Assembly: GCA_963708295.1 (NCBI GenBank)
Contig: CAVPSJ010000011.1
Location: forward strand, 64,001 to 128,000
DNA: 64,000 nucleotides
Source of the DNA: an uncultured delta proteobacterium
Lineage (GTDB): Bacteria > Desulfobacterota > BSN033 > UBA1163
Direction of reading: 5' to 3'
Within the stretch, counting starts at the first letter, position 1, and every line of letters begins with the position of its first letter. Made by a program: the position numbers and the translations under genes. A model generated the notes under the pieces. It did no database searches and was not told where the DNA came from. It worked only from the letters and a program-made list of their open reading frames with translations. Of this stretch, positions 40,024-50,475 are shown one piece after another.

Positions 40024-41472
40024 TCACTCAGTGGGAAGAGAGGGCAATCTAACGATGAAAGAACTTCCTTTTCCTAATTCGCTTTCCACTTTAAGCTCAC
40101 CTTGGTGAGCTTCGACAATCCAATGACAGATACTGAGGCCGAGGCCGCTCCCGCCTTGCTCCCGTGAACGGGCTTTATCTACTCGGAAGAATCGGTTAAA
40201 AACTTTTTCCTGGTCCTCTTTGGAAATTCCAATTCCTGTATCGGTTACAAGGATTTTCACGAATCTTTCCCTCTCTTTGTCCATTGTCACCGGAGTTGAA
40301 AATTCCTTTTGTACGCTGATATGGATAGAACCTCCCTCTTCAGTATATTTAATCCCATTCTCGATCAAATTTATAAATAGCTCTCGAATTCGCAAAGCAT
40401 CTCCGAAAACGTGGACCTCCTCATGATGATTCGACATTGAAAGGTCGAGTCTCTTGGACCTCGCTAACATATCCATTTGAGCGACAACCTCCGTGAGTAT
40501 CTCGGTCAAATTAATATCTCCCTTATTTAACTTTATCTGCCCTGTATCGGCTCTTGAAAGAAGTAAGAGATCTTCAACGATTTGTGACATGCGGTTAATT
40601 TCTTCCAAGTTGCTTTTCAGAGTTTGTTGATATTCTTGCCGGGTCCGCTCCTTTCGGAGCATGACTTCTACCTCTCCTTTCAGAATGGTTAAGGGAGTTT
40701 TCAATTCATGGGAAGCATCCGAACTGAATTGCTTAATCTGCCGGAAAGATTGATCAAGCCGGGAAATCATCCCATTGAAGGTTTCGATCAGCCGTGATAT
40801 CTCATCTTTTACTTTGGGAGGGACAATCCTTTGGTTCAAATTTTGGGAGGTGATCATCCTTGCCGTGTGAGTAATGTCATCAACAGGTTTTAATGCTTTA
40901 TGTGCAAGAAATTGTCCTCCCAGACTAGCCACCATCAAAGCTAAGGGAACGGTGATGATTAAAATGATGAACAAGGTGTTGAGGGCATCCTCGACCTCTT
41001 CCAAGGACGAGGCAATTTGAATAATTCTTGTAGCATGATTATTTTCGACAACCGGGAAGGTGATGATTCTTAGGGGCGTATTTCCAATAGAACGATTCGT
41101 TTCAAAGGTAATCAACCCTTTAGAGGCATTTTTCAATGCGTTTAAACTGATCGGCAGCTGAACATTCTTCAAGTTCTCAGATTTCCGGCCGATGTTACCC
41201 GATTCGTCCAAGACCTGGATGAATTTCCCTATGGGCTTCAGATTCATGGAGGTTTCAAGAGTCTGGTCAATATTTCCGAAGCCAAATTTGGATAAGGGAG
41301 ACGAAGATTCTGATGAGACGAGCTCGGCGAGAGACCGTAACTTATTGTCCACATCTCGATGAAGGCTGTTTGAGAGTGTAAAATACAAAAAGGTGCTGAA
41401 GGAGATTAATAAGACTCCGAGTATTAAAACATACCACAGGGTGAGTTTAAATCGGAGGCTTCTGAAATTCAT
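40024..41472 (-). CDS. Heavy-metal-sensor-type histidine kinase (CusS/CzcS-like)
   Basis: 2 TM helices, HAMP, ASHELKTPL, RFFRVDKARSR..GSGLGL. Confidence 0.9.
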   Translation of the reverse strand: MNFRSLRFKLTLWYVLILGVLLISFSTFLYFTLSNSLHRDVDNKLRSLAELVSSESSSPLSKFGFGNIDQTLETSMNLKPIGKFIQVLDESGNIGRKSENLKNVQLPISLNALKNASKGLITFETNRSIGNTPLRIITFPVVENNHATRIIQIASSLEEVEDALNTLFIILIITVPLALMVASLGGQFLAHKALKPVDDITHTARMITSQNLNQRIVPPKVKDEISRLIETFNGMISRLDQSFRQIKQFSSDASHELKTPLTILKGEVEVMLRKERTRQEYQQTLKSNLEEINRMSQIVEDLLLLSRADTGQIKLNKGDINLTEILTEVVAQMDMLARSKRLDLSMSNHHEEVHVFGDALRIRELFINLIENGIKYTEEGGSIHISVQKEFSTPVTMDKERERFVKILVTDTGIGISKEDQEKVFNRFFRVDKARSREQGGSGLGLSICHWIVEAHQGELKVESELGKGSSFIVRLPSLPTE

Positions 41473-42165
41473 TCAAGCCCTTTTCATCTCCTGCCGGGTG
41501 GCAGACAAGAGATACCCGACCCCTCGAATCGTATGGATCAGTTTGAGTTCAAACCCTTTATCAATTTTCTTACGAAGATAATTTACGTAGACATCGACCA
41601 AATTGGTCATCGAGTCAAAATGGTAATCCCAGACATGTTCGGAAATCATCGTCCGGGTCAGGATCTTATCCGGATTTCTCATGAAATATTCTAACAGTGA
41701 GTATTCCTTGGCTGTGAGCTCAATTTCTTTCCCTCCTCGCATCACTTTATGGGTGACCAAAGATAAAGTCAAATCGTTAATCCCTAGAATGGGCTCTTTG
41801 TCTACTTTCTCCCTACGCAGAAGAGCACGGACTCTGGCTAAGAATACCAAGAATTCAAATGGTTTCGTCAAATAATCATCACAACCGGCATCTAAACCCC
41901 TCACGATATCCTCGACGCTGTCCTTGGCGGTCAGCACCAGTATCGGAACATTGTTTCGATTTCCCCTCACTCTTCTCAGGACCTCTAATCCGTCAATTTT
42001 GGGGATCATCAGATCGAGAACAATCAGGTCGTATTCATTCACTTCTGCCATATAAAGACCTGATTCTCCGTCATAAGCATTGTCCACCGCATAATGCTCT
42101 TCTTCCAGCCCCTTCTTGATGAAATTAGCGACTTTTTTCTCGTCCTCGACAACTAAGATTCTCAT
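41473..42165 (-). CDS. OmpR-family response regulator (CusR/CzcR-like)
   Basis: MRILVVEDE, DDYLTKPF, VDVYVNYLRKKID, TIRGVGY. Confidence 0.92.
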   Translation of the reverse strand: MRILVVEDEKKVANFIKKGLEEEHYAVDNAYDGESGLYMAEVNEYDLIVLDLMIPKIDGLEVLRRVRGNRNNVPILVLTAKDSVEDIVRGLDAGCDDYLTKPFEFLVFLARVRALLRREKVDKEPILGINDLTLSLVTHKVMRGGKEIELTAKEYSLLEYFMRNPDKILTRTMISEHVWDYHFDSMTNLVDVYVNYLRKKIDKGFELKLIHTIRGVGYLLSATRQEMKRA

Positions 42166-42291
42166 CCCTGTCCTTCGTCAGGCTGGAATGGGTAGACTGA
42201 TGAGAGAGCCCACCCAATACTCCAACCTTTTCTAATATGTTATCATTATAAGGACAATCAAAAAAAATTCAATAGCAAATACAATGACATC

Positions 42292-42320
42292 TTGACACTT
42301 CATCTTTAGTCTGTTAGCAT
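42292..42320 (+). promoter_or_regulatory. Sigma70-type promoter
   Basis: TTGACA-17 nt-TAGCAT upstream of the CDS at 42358. Confidence 0.55.
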
Positions 42321-42357
42321 TTTCGAAATTTTCAGTACCCATAGGAGAAGTCAAACA

Positions 42358-43200
42358 TTGATCAAATTGGCTGGTATTCAAGTGTCCTGTTCTGAAGAGA
42401 AAGAACGAAATATTGAGAAGGCAGTGAGATTTGCGAAAATCGCAATAGAGAAGGGCGCTCAAATTATCTGTTTCCAGGAGTTGTTCACGACCCATTGGTT
42501 TCCAAGGGAAATGAACAAGCGCTATTTCTCCCTTGCAGAAAAAGTCGATGGCTATACCATTAGGACGATGCAGGGGTTGGCAGAAGAATATGGAGTTGTT
42601 TTCATCTGCCCTATTTTTGAAGTCGAAGGAGATTCCTTTTATAATTCAGCGATCGTCATCGATGCAGGTGGAGAGATTTTGGGAAGTTATAGAAAGATTC
42701 ATGTCCCTCAAATTCCTCTCTGGGAGGAGAAATATTACTTTTCTTCCGGAGACCATGGATTTCCTGTTTTTGAGACCAAATTTGCGCCGATTGGTATTCA
42801 GATCTGTTGGGACAACTTCTTCCCGGAGGGATCAAGGATATTGGCATTGAAAGGAGCCAAGATTCTTTTTTCGCCCACCGCAGCTGCGTTTGCTTCACAA
42901 AGAAAGTGGGAAACAGTGATCTCAAGCAATGCGATTGCCAATGGAGTTTTCACTTTTAGAGTCAATCGAGTCGGAAGCGAAGAGAAACAGGATTTTTACG
43001 GAAAGTCTTTTTGTATCTCTCCAGAAGGAGAATTGCTGGATAGACCCACAGGAATGAAAGATAGCATTGCCCTAATCGAAATTGATTTAGGAAATATTGA
43101 TAAGACGAGGAAGGAATGGCCTTTTCTCAAGGACAGAAGGCCCGATAGCTATCGAGAGATACTCCATCGTTGGGAATGTGGCGCGGACCGCATTGAGTGA
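42358..43200 (+). CDS. Carbon-nitrogen hydrolase (nitrilase family; N-carbamoylputrescine amidase-like)
   Basis: E-K-C triad: FQELF, YRKIHVP, ICWD. Confidence 0.9.
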   Translation: MIKLAGIQVSCSEEKERNIEKAVRFAKIAIEKGAQIICFQELFTTHWFPREMNKRYFSLAEKVDGYTIRTMQGLAEEYGVVFICPIFEVEGDSFYNSAIVIDAGGEILGSYRKIHVPQIPLWEEKYYFSSGDHGFPVFETKFAPIGIQICWDNFFPEGSRILALKGAKILFSPTAAAFASQRKWETVISSNAIANGVFTFRVNRVGSEEKQDFYGKSFCISPEGELLDRPTGMKDSIALIEIDLGNIDKTRKEWPFLKDRRPDSYREILHRWECGADRIE

Positions 43201-43320
43201 AGGATTTGAAGGATGGAATCCTTCATGGCAAGTTATTTGCTTTCGAGCCATGAAAACAGCCCATTCTGCCTACCCGAGCTACGGGGAACAGCCGCTTTGC
43301 CTTGAAAGAAAGAGGAAATC

Positions 43321-43941
43321 ATGGGGAAGAACAAGTTCTTTAAAGATTACGTAGAACCCATTATCATCGCTGTACTGATCGCCCTCTTCATTCGGGCTGT
43401 TATTGTCCAAGCCTTTAAAATTCCGTCGAGTTCAATGGAAGATACGTTACAGGTAGGGGATTACATTCTTGTCAATAAATTCATTTATGGAGTTAGAATT
43501 CCTTATTCAGATAAAATCTTTGGCGAAAGCAAAAAGTTTTTTGAATGGAAGAAACCACAGCGAGGGGATGTGATCGTGTTTATATTTCCAAAGGACAGAA
43601 CGAAGGATTTTATCAAAAGAGTGATCGGGACGGAAGGAGAAAAAATTCAAATCATCCACAACAAAATTTACATCAGTGACAAGATGGTCGATGACCCATG
43701 GGGCCAGTTTAAGATGCCAAGGTCCTCAATCGAAGATTACGGTCCGATCAAAGTCCCTGAAGGTTCTTTATTTGTCATGGGAGACAACCGTGACAATAGT
43801 CAGGATAGCCGTTTTTGGGGGTTTGTCAAGATCAACGAAGTCAAGGGCAAGGCTTTTATTATTTACTTTTCTTGGGATGGGTTTGCTCAGAATCTCTTGA
43901 ATAAGATCAGGTGGTCCCGGTTGGGGAAGTTGATTCGTTAA
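43321..43941 (+). CDS. lepB: Signal peptidase I
   Basis: IPSSSMEDTL, DFIKRVIG, GDNRDNSQDSR. Confidence 0.96.
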   Translation: MGKNKFFKDYVEPIIIAVLIALFIRAVIVQAFKIPSSSMEDTLQVGDYILVNKFIYGVRIPYSDKIFGESKKFFEWKKPQRGDVIVFIFPKDRTKDFIKRVIGTEGEKIQIIHNKIYISDKMVDDPWGQFKMPRSSIEDYGPIKVPEGSLFVMGDNRDNSQDSRFWGFVKINEVKGKAFIIYFSWDGFAQNLLNKIRWSRLGKLIR

Positions 43942-44900
43942 TTAGGATGGCATCCATTCTCGAAATACATTTTCTTGTGCCCACTGAATATCTTTTTTAA
44001 TCTGTTCGATGAGCAGAGAGGAAGTTTCAAACCGGACCTCATCCCGGATTCTTCTTTTAAAATTGACTTGTATTTCCTCGCCATAGATGTTCCGGTTAAA
44101 ATTCAAGATATGGACTTCTAAAGAGACCGGCTTGCCTTTCTCCTCCTGTTCAGAGTGGAAAGTGGGATTCGATCCCACATTAGCAACACCATAAAGACGC
44201 TGTCCGCCGCCATTCTACTTCCACAGCATAGACCCCCGGTTTTGGGTAAAGTTCATCCGAGATTTCTAAATTCGCCGTCGGAAAACCTAGAGTGTTTCCT
44301 CTTTTTGCCCCTTCTACCACTTTGCCGACAATAGGATAATCCCTTCCTAATAGTCTTGAGGCCCGTTCAACCTCTCCTTTTTGGATGAGATCTCTGATTT
44401 TTGAACTGCTGACGACAGTTTGTCCAATTCTGAATGGTTCCACAACCTCGACTTCGAAACCGAAAACCTCCCCTGCCTCTTTGAGGGTTTGGACATCACC
44501 TTTTTGCCCTTTACCAAAGCGATAATTATATCCAATGATGACCTTCTTCACGTTAATTTTTTCCACCAATATACTTTTAATAAATTTAGAGGGAGAGATC
44601 TGTGAAAATTCTGAGGAAAACTCAATGCAGAGCACAGTTTTAATTCCCGATTTCTCAATCAACATCATTTTTTTTCTAAAGGGAGTAAGCAGAGGCAAAA
44701 ACTTTTCAGGGGAAAGCACTTTGAGTGGATGTGGCTCGAAGGTAATGACTACCCCCTCTCCACGAATCTTCGATGCTTCTTCCTTTACCCTATTGAAGAT
44801 ATCTTGGTGTCCTAAATGGACCCCATCAAAATTCCCTAATGTCACAACAGGATTCCGGAAAGATCTATTTAAGCTCGTCAATTCCCTTGATGATTTCCAC
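43942..44900 (-). CDS. ribF: Bifunctional riboflavin kinase/FAD synthetase; frameshifted near 44866 and 44200, probably sequencing errors
   Basis: GNFDGVHLGH, VSSSKIR, GFPTANL; second fragment NPTF..LEVHILNF..IYGE. Confidence 0.92.
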
Positions 44901-44976
44901 AATAGATTCTAACCTTGACTTTTTACAGGAAAATATAAAATAATAAGGTATTATTTTCAATCGATTTAAAGAAAAT

Positions 44977-45063
44977 GCCGAAGTGGCGGAATTGGTAGAC
45001 GCGCTAGATTCAGGGTCTAGTGGGGTCACACCTGTAGGGGTTCGAGTCCCCTCTTCGGCACCA
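44977..45063 (+). tRNA. tRNA-Leu(CAG)
   Basis: GCCGAAGTGGCGGAATTGGTAGACGCGCTAGATT-CAG-GGTCTAG...GGTTCGAGTCCCCTCTTCGGCACCA: 87 nt with a long variable arm. Confidence 0.97.
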
Positions 45064-45147
45064 AATCCCTTCAGGCGAGGATCTAAATTCTTTCCTATCC
45101 ATACCCTGCTTTTGTAGTGCCTTCTGTTAGCGATCGTTAACAGGGAT

Positions 45148-47205
45148 TTACTTCGGTTTTGTCGAAAGATCGAAATCCGACTTGAAGAAATCTGTTGAGG
45201 TCTTGAGCGAAGAAGGCGAGATTTGCGTAGGTTCTGTTCCCTCCTTAAAGCATTCGAGGATACCTTCCTTTCCCAAACTAACCTGACCGGTCTTGGGATC
45301 TATTCTTATAAATTCTATTCCTTCCTCTGGGATGGGAAAGTCTTTTGTAGGCTTGTCTTTCAAAATCTTTGACATGAAGGTAACCCAAATGGGGGAGGCT
45401 GCCCGTGCTCCTGTTTCATTTTCGCCAAGAGACCTCTCCTCATCAAAACCTACCCATACCCCGGTGATCAATTCCGGGGTATAACCAATAAACCAGGCAT
45501 CCATGAACTGATCCGTTGTTCCTGTTTTGGCGGCGACAGGTCTACCCAGAGACCTGGCTCTCCAGCCCGTTCCATGTTGGACAACACCTTCTAATAAGAT
45601 AGGTCATCAAAAAGGCGGTCTGCGGGGTAATGATTTGTTCTTGCTTGGGGGATTCTTCAAAATAGAGAAGAGGAAGGTTTTCTTCCAGAAGGTTTCCATT
45701 CCTGTCCAAGATCTTTTTGATAAAAATAGGTTTGAAGAGATTCCCTGATTGGCAAATACGGAATAAGCCTTTGTTAATTCATAAAGGGATATACTGGAAG
45801 AGCCAAGAGCCATGGAAAGGGTGTTATGAAGAGGGGAGGAAATTCCCAGCTTTTGAGCATAATCCCTGATGTAATTAACGCCGACCTCTTGTGCAATCTT
45901 GACTGTCACAATATTGACGGAGTGTGCAAGGGCATTCCTGAGGGTGGTGGGTCCAGAGAATTTCCCTTCATAATTCTTGGGCTTCCACTTGTTGTCACCC
46001 CATTCAAAGACGACTGGGGAATCCACAATGATGGACGCAGGGGTAAAACCTTTGTCAAGGGCAGAGGCATAAACGATGGGCTTAAAAGCGGATCCGGTTT
46101 GCCTCCTGGCTTGGGTGACCCGATTGAATTGACTTTTTCTAAAATCCCGTCCTCCTACCATCGCCTTGACATATCCCGTTTCCAAATCAAAGCAAATGAG
46201 CGCGCCTTCTGGAATCAAAGGCATGTCACCGGGTCGATATTTCTCTCGTTTTTCTATCTCCTTTAATCCAGCCTCCACTGCCTCTTGAGCCGTTTCCTGA
46301 TAATGAAGATCGACGGCAGAAAAGACCTGAAGCCCATCTTTGTAAAGCGCATCTTTCCCATATTTTTCTTCAACATAACGTCTCATATATTCTACGAAAT
46401 GAAGTGCCCTTTCTAACGAAGGTTTTTCTTTAGTTCGGATGGTATAGGGGGTTTGAGCAGCCTTCGACGCATCACTCGGTGGAATAAAACCTTCTTCGAC
46501 CATTCGATTAAGAATATAGATCTGTCTCTTTTTTGCCTGTTGGGGATGCTGATAAGGAGAGTATTTACTAGGCGCTTGGGGAAGCCCGGCCAGAACGGCA
46601 GATTCTGCCAGGCTTAAGTCCTCAATGGCCTTCGCAAAATAACTCTCTGCCGCTGCCGCTACCCCGTATGCTCCGTGGCCCAAGTAGATTTGGTTTAAAT
46701 ATAAGAAAAGAATTTCCTCTTTGGTGAGATGTTTTTCGATCCGATAGGCTAATATGGCCTCTCGGATCTTTCTTGCAAAGCTCCTTTCGGGAGAGAGCAA
46801 AAGGGACTTTACCACCTGCTGGGTAATGGTGCTCCCTCCTTGAACGATCTCCCCAGAAAAAGTATTTCTGACAAAAGCCCTAAAGATGGCGACATAATCT
46901 AAGCCCTTGTGCTGGAAGAATCGCGCATCCTCTCCTGCGACGAAGGCTTGAATTAAATGATTAGGAATTCTGTCCAGAGAGACCACCTCTCTTTTTTCAT
47001 AGAAAAACTCTCCGATGATTTCCCCCTCTTCAGAGAATATTCTTGTAACAGTGGAAGGCTTGTAATTCCTTAAAGTTTCGATACTCGGGAGATCATGGGT
47101 GAAATAGAAATAAGAAACCACTCCAAATACCGTAAGAATGGTAATGAGGATCATAATAACCGCAATAGAAATCTTTGTTACTTTTTCAAATGACTTCAAT
47201 TTCAT
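45148..47205 (-). CDS. mrcA: Penicillin-binding protein 1A; frameshift near 45740
   Basis: EDARF, GGSTITQQ, RKIRE transglycosylase motifs; SAFK, SVN, and (in the shifted frame) KTGT..DAWFIGY. Confidence 0.9.
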
Positions 47206-47543
47206 CCTTCACCAAGAAAAATGGTCCATCGGCTAGGGTTAGGAAGCCGGTCTCGTGCAGGAATGGCGGGGGTGAGCCGAAGAATTTAGACCCAGAGACA
47301 TCACCGATCAACAAAACCACCTTCTTACCTTTCCATGAAAACCTTACTATCTATCTCTAAATAATAACCTGTGCCCGGAATTAGTCTTGAAGGAAGAAAA
47401 TTCAAGTAGTTATGGATACCCGGCACCGACACTGTCACGTTTTTTGCATCTGAATCCTTGACTTCTCTTTTGCAAGGATATAATAATAAGGCAAATTTTT
47501 CAACAAACGCAATAATTAAATAGTAAAGAGAGGGGCAATATCT

Positions 47544-48500
47544 ATGAGAGGTAAGTCAGAAGAAACCGTTTCGGTTCTCATTCCTGTCTATAATGAAGAG
47601 GGAAATCTCTCTCTATTGTATGATAAGCTTAATTCAGCATTGAAAAAAACGGGAAGGGCTTATGAAATAATCTTTGTCGATGATGGAAGCTCTGACGGAT
47701 CACTGGAAATATTGCTCGATCTCAGAGAAAAAAATCCCAACATAAAGATCATCAGTTTTTCACGGAATTTCGGGCAAACGGCCGCATTGAGTGCAGGGAT
47801 TGACTCTTCTAAGGGAGATATTATTATCCCAATGGACGGTGACCTTCAAAATGACCCGGAAGACATTCTTTCTCTTCTTCAGAAGATTGAAGAAGGAAAT
47901 GACGTGGTCAGCGGATGGAGAAAAGGTCGTAAAGATCCCCTTCTAACCCGTCGATTACCCTCTATCATCGCCAACAGACTCATCTCATGGATTGGAGGCG
48001 TTCACCTTCACGACTACGGATGCACACTTAAGGCCTACCGTAGAGACATCTTGAAAAATATTCGACTTTACGGGGAAATGCATCGGTTCATCCCGATCTA
48101 TGCCCAGTGGATTGGAGCCCGCGTGTCAGAAATTCCCGTTCGCCATTTCCCGAGGGGATCCGGAAAATCGAAGTATGGGATGAACAGAGTCTTTAAAGTT
48201 ATTTTGGATCTAATGGTAGTGAAATTTCTTGTTTCTTATTCTCAAAAACCCATTTATGTTTTTGGGGGCATGGGGCTTTTAATGATCTTAGGAGCATTTC
48301 TAGCTGGGTTTAGCGCCATCTATCTGAAATATTTTGAGGGGACTTCGTTCATTTTGACTCCGCTCCCGTTGCTGTGCGTCTTTCTCCTGCTGTCGGGATT
48401 TTTGTCAATTCTCATGGGCTTTTTGGCTGAAATCCTAACTCGAACCTATTATGAATCGCAGGGGAAACCTACCTATCAAATCAAGGAGACGATCCCTTAG
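47544..48500 (+). CDS. GT2 glycosyltransferase (ArnC/polyprenol-phosphate glycosyltransferase-like)
   Basis: PVYNEE, DDGSSD, RNFGQ, DGDLQNDP, two C-terminal TM helices. Confidence 0.9.
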   Translation: MRGKSEETVSVLIPVYNEEGNLSLLYDKLNSALKKTGRAYEIIFVDDGSSDGSLEILLDLREKNPNIKIISFSRNFGQTAALSAGIDSSKGDIIIPMDGDLQNDPEDILSLLQKIEEGNDVVSGWRKGRKDPLLTRRLPSIIANRLISWIGGVHLHDYGCTLKAYRRDILKNIRLYGEMHRFIPIYAQWIGARVSEIPVRHFPRGSGKSKYGMNRVFKVILDLMVVKFLVSYSQKPIYVFGGMGLLMILGAFLAGFSAIYLKYFEGTSFILTPLPLLCVFLLLSGFLSILMGFLAEILTRTYYESQGKPTYQIKETIP

Positions 48501-48506
48501 CCTTCT

Positions 48507-50420
48507 ATGTGCGGCATTGTTGGTTTCCTCACCCCAAAAGCCTCTGGTATTCCGGAACGTGAAGTCCTACGAAGGATGCGGGACGTTCTCATTCATCGAG
48601 GGCCTGACGACATGGGAGAGTTCATTCGTCCCATGGATGAAAAAGGCCCTTTTGTCTTCTTGGGACATCGTCGACTAAGCATTATCGATCTGGGGACGGG
48701 ACACCAGCCTCTGTCTAATGAGGACGAAAAGGTATGGGTCGTTTTTAATGGTGAAATTTACAATTTTAGAGAGTTAAGAGAAGAATTAAGGAAGAGGGGG
48801 CATCAGTTCCGTACTGAGTCAGATACAGAGGTCATCGCTCATGCGTATGAGGAGTACAAGGAAAATTGTTTTAGGCACTTCAATGGCATGTTCGCTATTG
48901 GAATCTGGGATGAAAAAGAAAATCGATTGATTCTTGCAAGAGATCGTTTAGGCAAGAAACCACTCTATTACAGTCTCATCAATGAAACCTTTGTTTTTGC
49001 TTCTGAGTTAAAGGCGATCATGGCTTATCCTTCCTTTTCCAGGAGGGTTGATCCTGTTTCTTTCATGAAGTATCTCTTTTTTGAATTTATCCCCTGTCCT
49101 CATACTATTTTTAACGACGCCAAGAAAATTCCAGCCGCCTCCTATCTTATCTGGGATAAAAAAGGGAGTGAGGTCAAACAGTACTGGTCGCCTTTTGATT
49201 CCAAGAGAAGTGAAGAGAATCTTTCGGAAGCCGAAGCAGAACTGAGAATAATGGAACTTCTCAAAGAGTCCGTGAAGCGACGCCTTATCAGTGATGTCCC
49301 GTTGGGAGTGTTTCTGAGCGGCGGAATCGACTCAAGTACCGTCGCAGCCCTGGCCCAAAAAGAAGTACCGGGGAAGATAAAAACATTTTCTATTGGCTTC
49401 GAGGACCCTTCTTTTGATGAATCAAAATACGCCTCAATGGCATCCAAATATATCGGCACCGAGCATCATGAACAAACGATGACACCCGCTGATTTACTCA
49501 ATATCGTCCCCAGCCTCCCTGAGATTTTAGATGAACCGATGGCAGATGCATCTATTTTGCCAACTTACCTACTTTCAAAATTCACTCGCGGTCATGTAAC
49601 CGTTGCTCTGGGTGGGGATGGGGGCGATGAGTTATTTGCAGGGTACCCTACCTATCTCGCTCATAAATTTGCGACGCAGTATGAGCGATACTTAGGGCTT
49701 TTGCACCCGGCAATCCATTTTTTTGGAAATTTACTGCCTGTATCAGACGATAATATTAGCTTTGATTTTAAACTGAAGAAATTTCTTTCCGGGATCGGTT
49801 ATCCCGCTGGTATAAGGAATTCGGTTTGGCTGGGGTCTTTTCCATTTTTCGAAAATCAAAAGGTATTATCACCGGAGGTAACCTCGCAATTCAGCCAAGA
49901 CCGATTATCTGAGGACATTTATTTTCATGAAAGAGAATATCCTTACGACGATCAGATAACAAAGCTCCAGTATCTCGACCTGAAGCTGTATTTCCAAGAA
50001 TCCATTCTGGTTAAAGTGGATCGAGCCAGTATGGCGTGTTCGCTTGAAGTCAGGGCTCCCTTCCTTGACCACGAGCTGGTAGAATTTGTAATGGGACTTC
50101 CCTCAAAATGGAAGTTAAGAAGATGTACTTCGAAATACATCCTAAAAAAAGCAGTGGGAAATTGGCTCCCTGAAGAGGTGATTAAGAGGCCGAAAAAAGG
50201 GTTTGGCGTTCCTATCGCTAAATGGGTGAAGGGTCCATTAAACCCATTGTTCAAAGAGTTACTAGAATTTGATCGCATACGGAGAGAAGGATTTCTCAAC
50301 CCGAAATATGTTGCCCAACTTTTGCAGGACCACCTTCTCAACAAGAGCGATAACAGAAAGCAATTATGGACCCTTCTCGTATGGGAACTCTGGATGAACC
50401 ATTATCATCCTTCACTTTAA
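48507..50420 (+). CDS. asnB: Asparagine synthase (glutamine-hydrolyzing)-family amidotransferase
   Basis: MCGI, HRGPD, NGEIYN, LSGGIDSS, KVDRASMA, KKGF. Confidence 0.93.
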   Translation: MCGIVGFLTPKASGIPEREVLRRMRDVLIHRGPDDMGEFIRPMDEKGPFVFLGHRRLSIIDLGTGHQPLSNEDEKVWVVFNGEIYNFRELREELRKRGHQFRTESDTEVIAHAYEEYKENCFRHFNGMFAIGIWDEKENRLILARDRLGKKPLYYSLINETFVFASELKAIMAYPSFSRRVDPVSFMKYLFFEFIPCPHTIFNDAKKIPAASYLIWDKKGSEVKQYWSPFDSKRSEENLSEAEAELRIMELLKESVKRRLISDVPLGVFLSGGIDSSTVAALAQKEVPGKIKTFSIGFEDPSFDESKYASMASKYIGTEHHEQTMTPADLLNIVPSLPEILDEPMADASILPTYLLSKFTRGHVTVALGGDGGDELFAGYPTYLAHKFATQYERYLGLLHPAIHFFGNLLPVSDDNISFDFKLKKFLSGIGYPAGIRNSVWLGSFPFFENQKVLSPEVTSQFSQDRLSEDIYFHEREYPYDDQITKLQYLDLKLYFQESILVKVDRASMACSLEVRAPFLDHELVEFVMGLPSKWKLRRCTSKYILKKAVGNWLPEEVIKRPKKGFGVPIAKWVKGPLNPLFKELLEFDRIRREGFLNPKYVAQLLQDHLLNKSDNRKQLWTLLVWELWMNHYHPSL

Positions 50421-50475
50421 GTCGTCACTTTTTTCGGAGCACCGCCTGTTCTAAATAATCTCAACCAGGAAAGCC

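Noticed and set aside
43942-47205. True pseudogenes or programmed frameshifting in ribF and mrcA
   Set aside because: These are core genes with otherwise intact motifs in a region of pervasive indels, and no slippery-site plus stimulator structure was seen; sequencing error is more likely.
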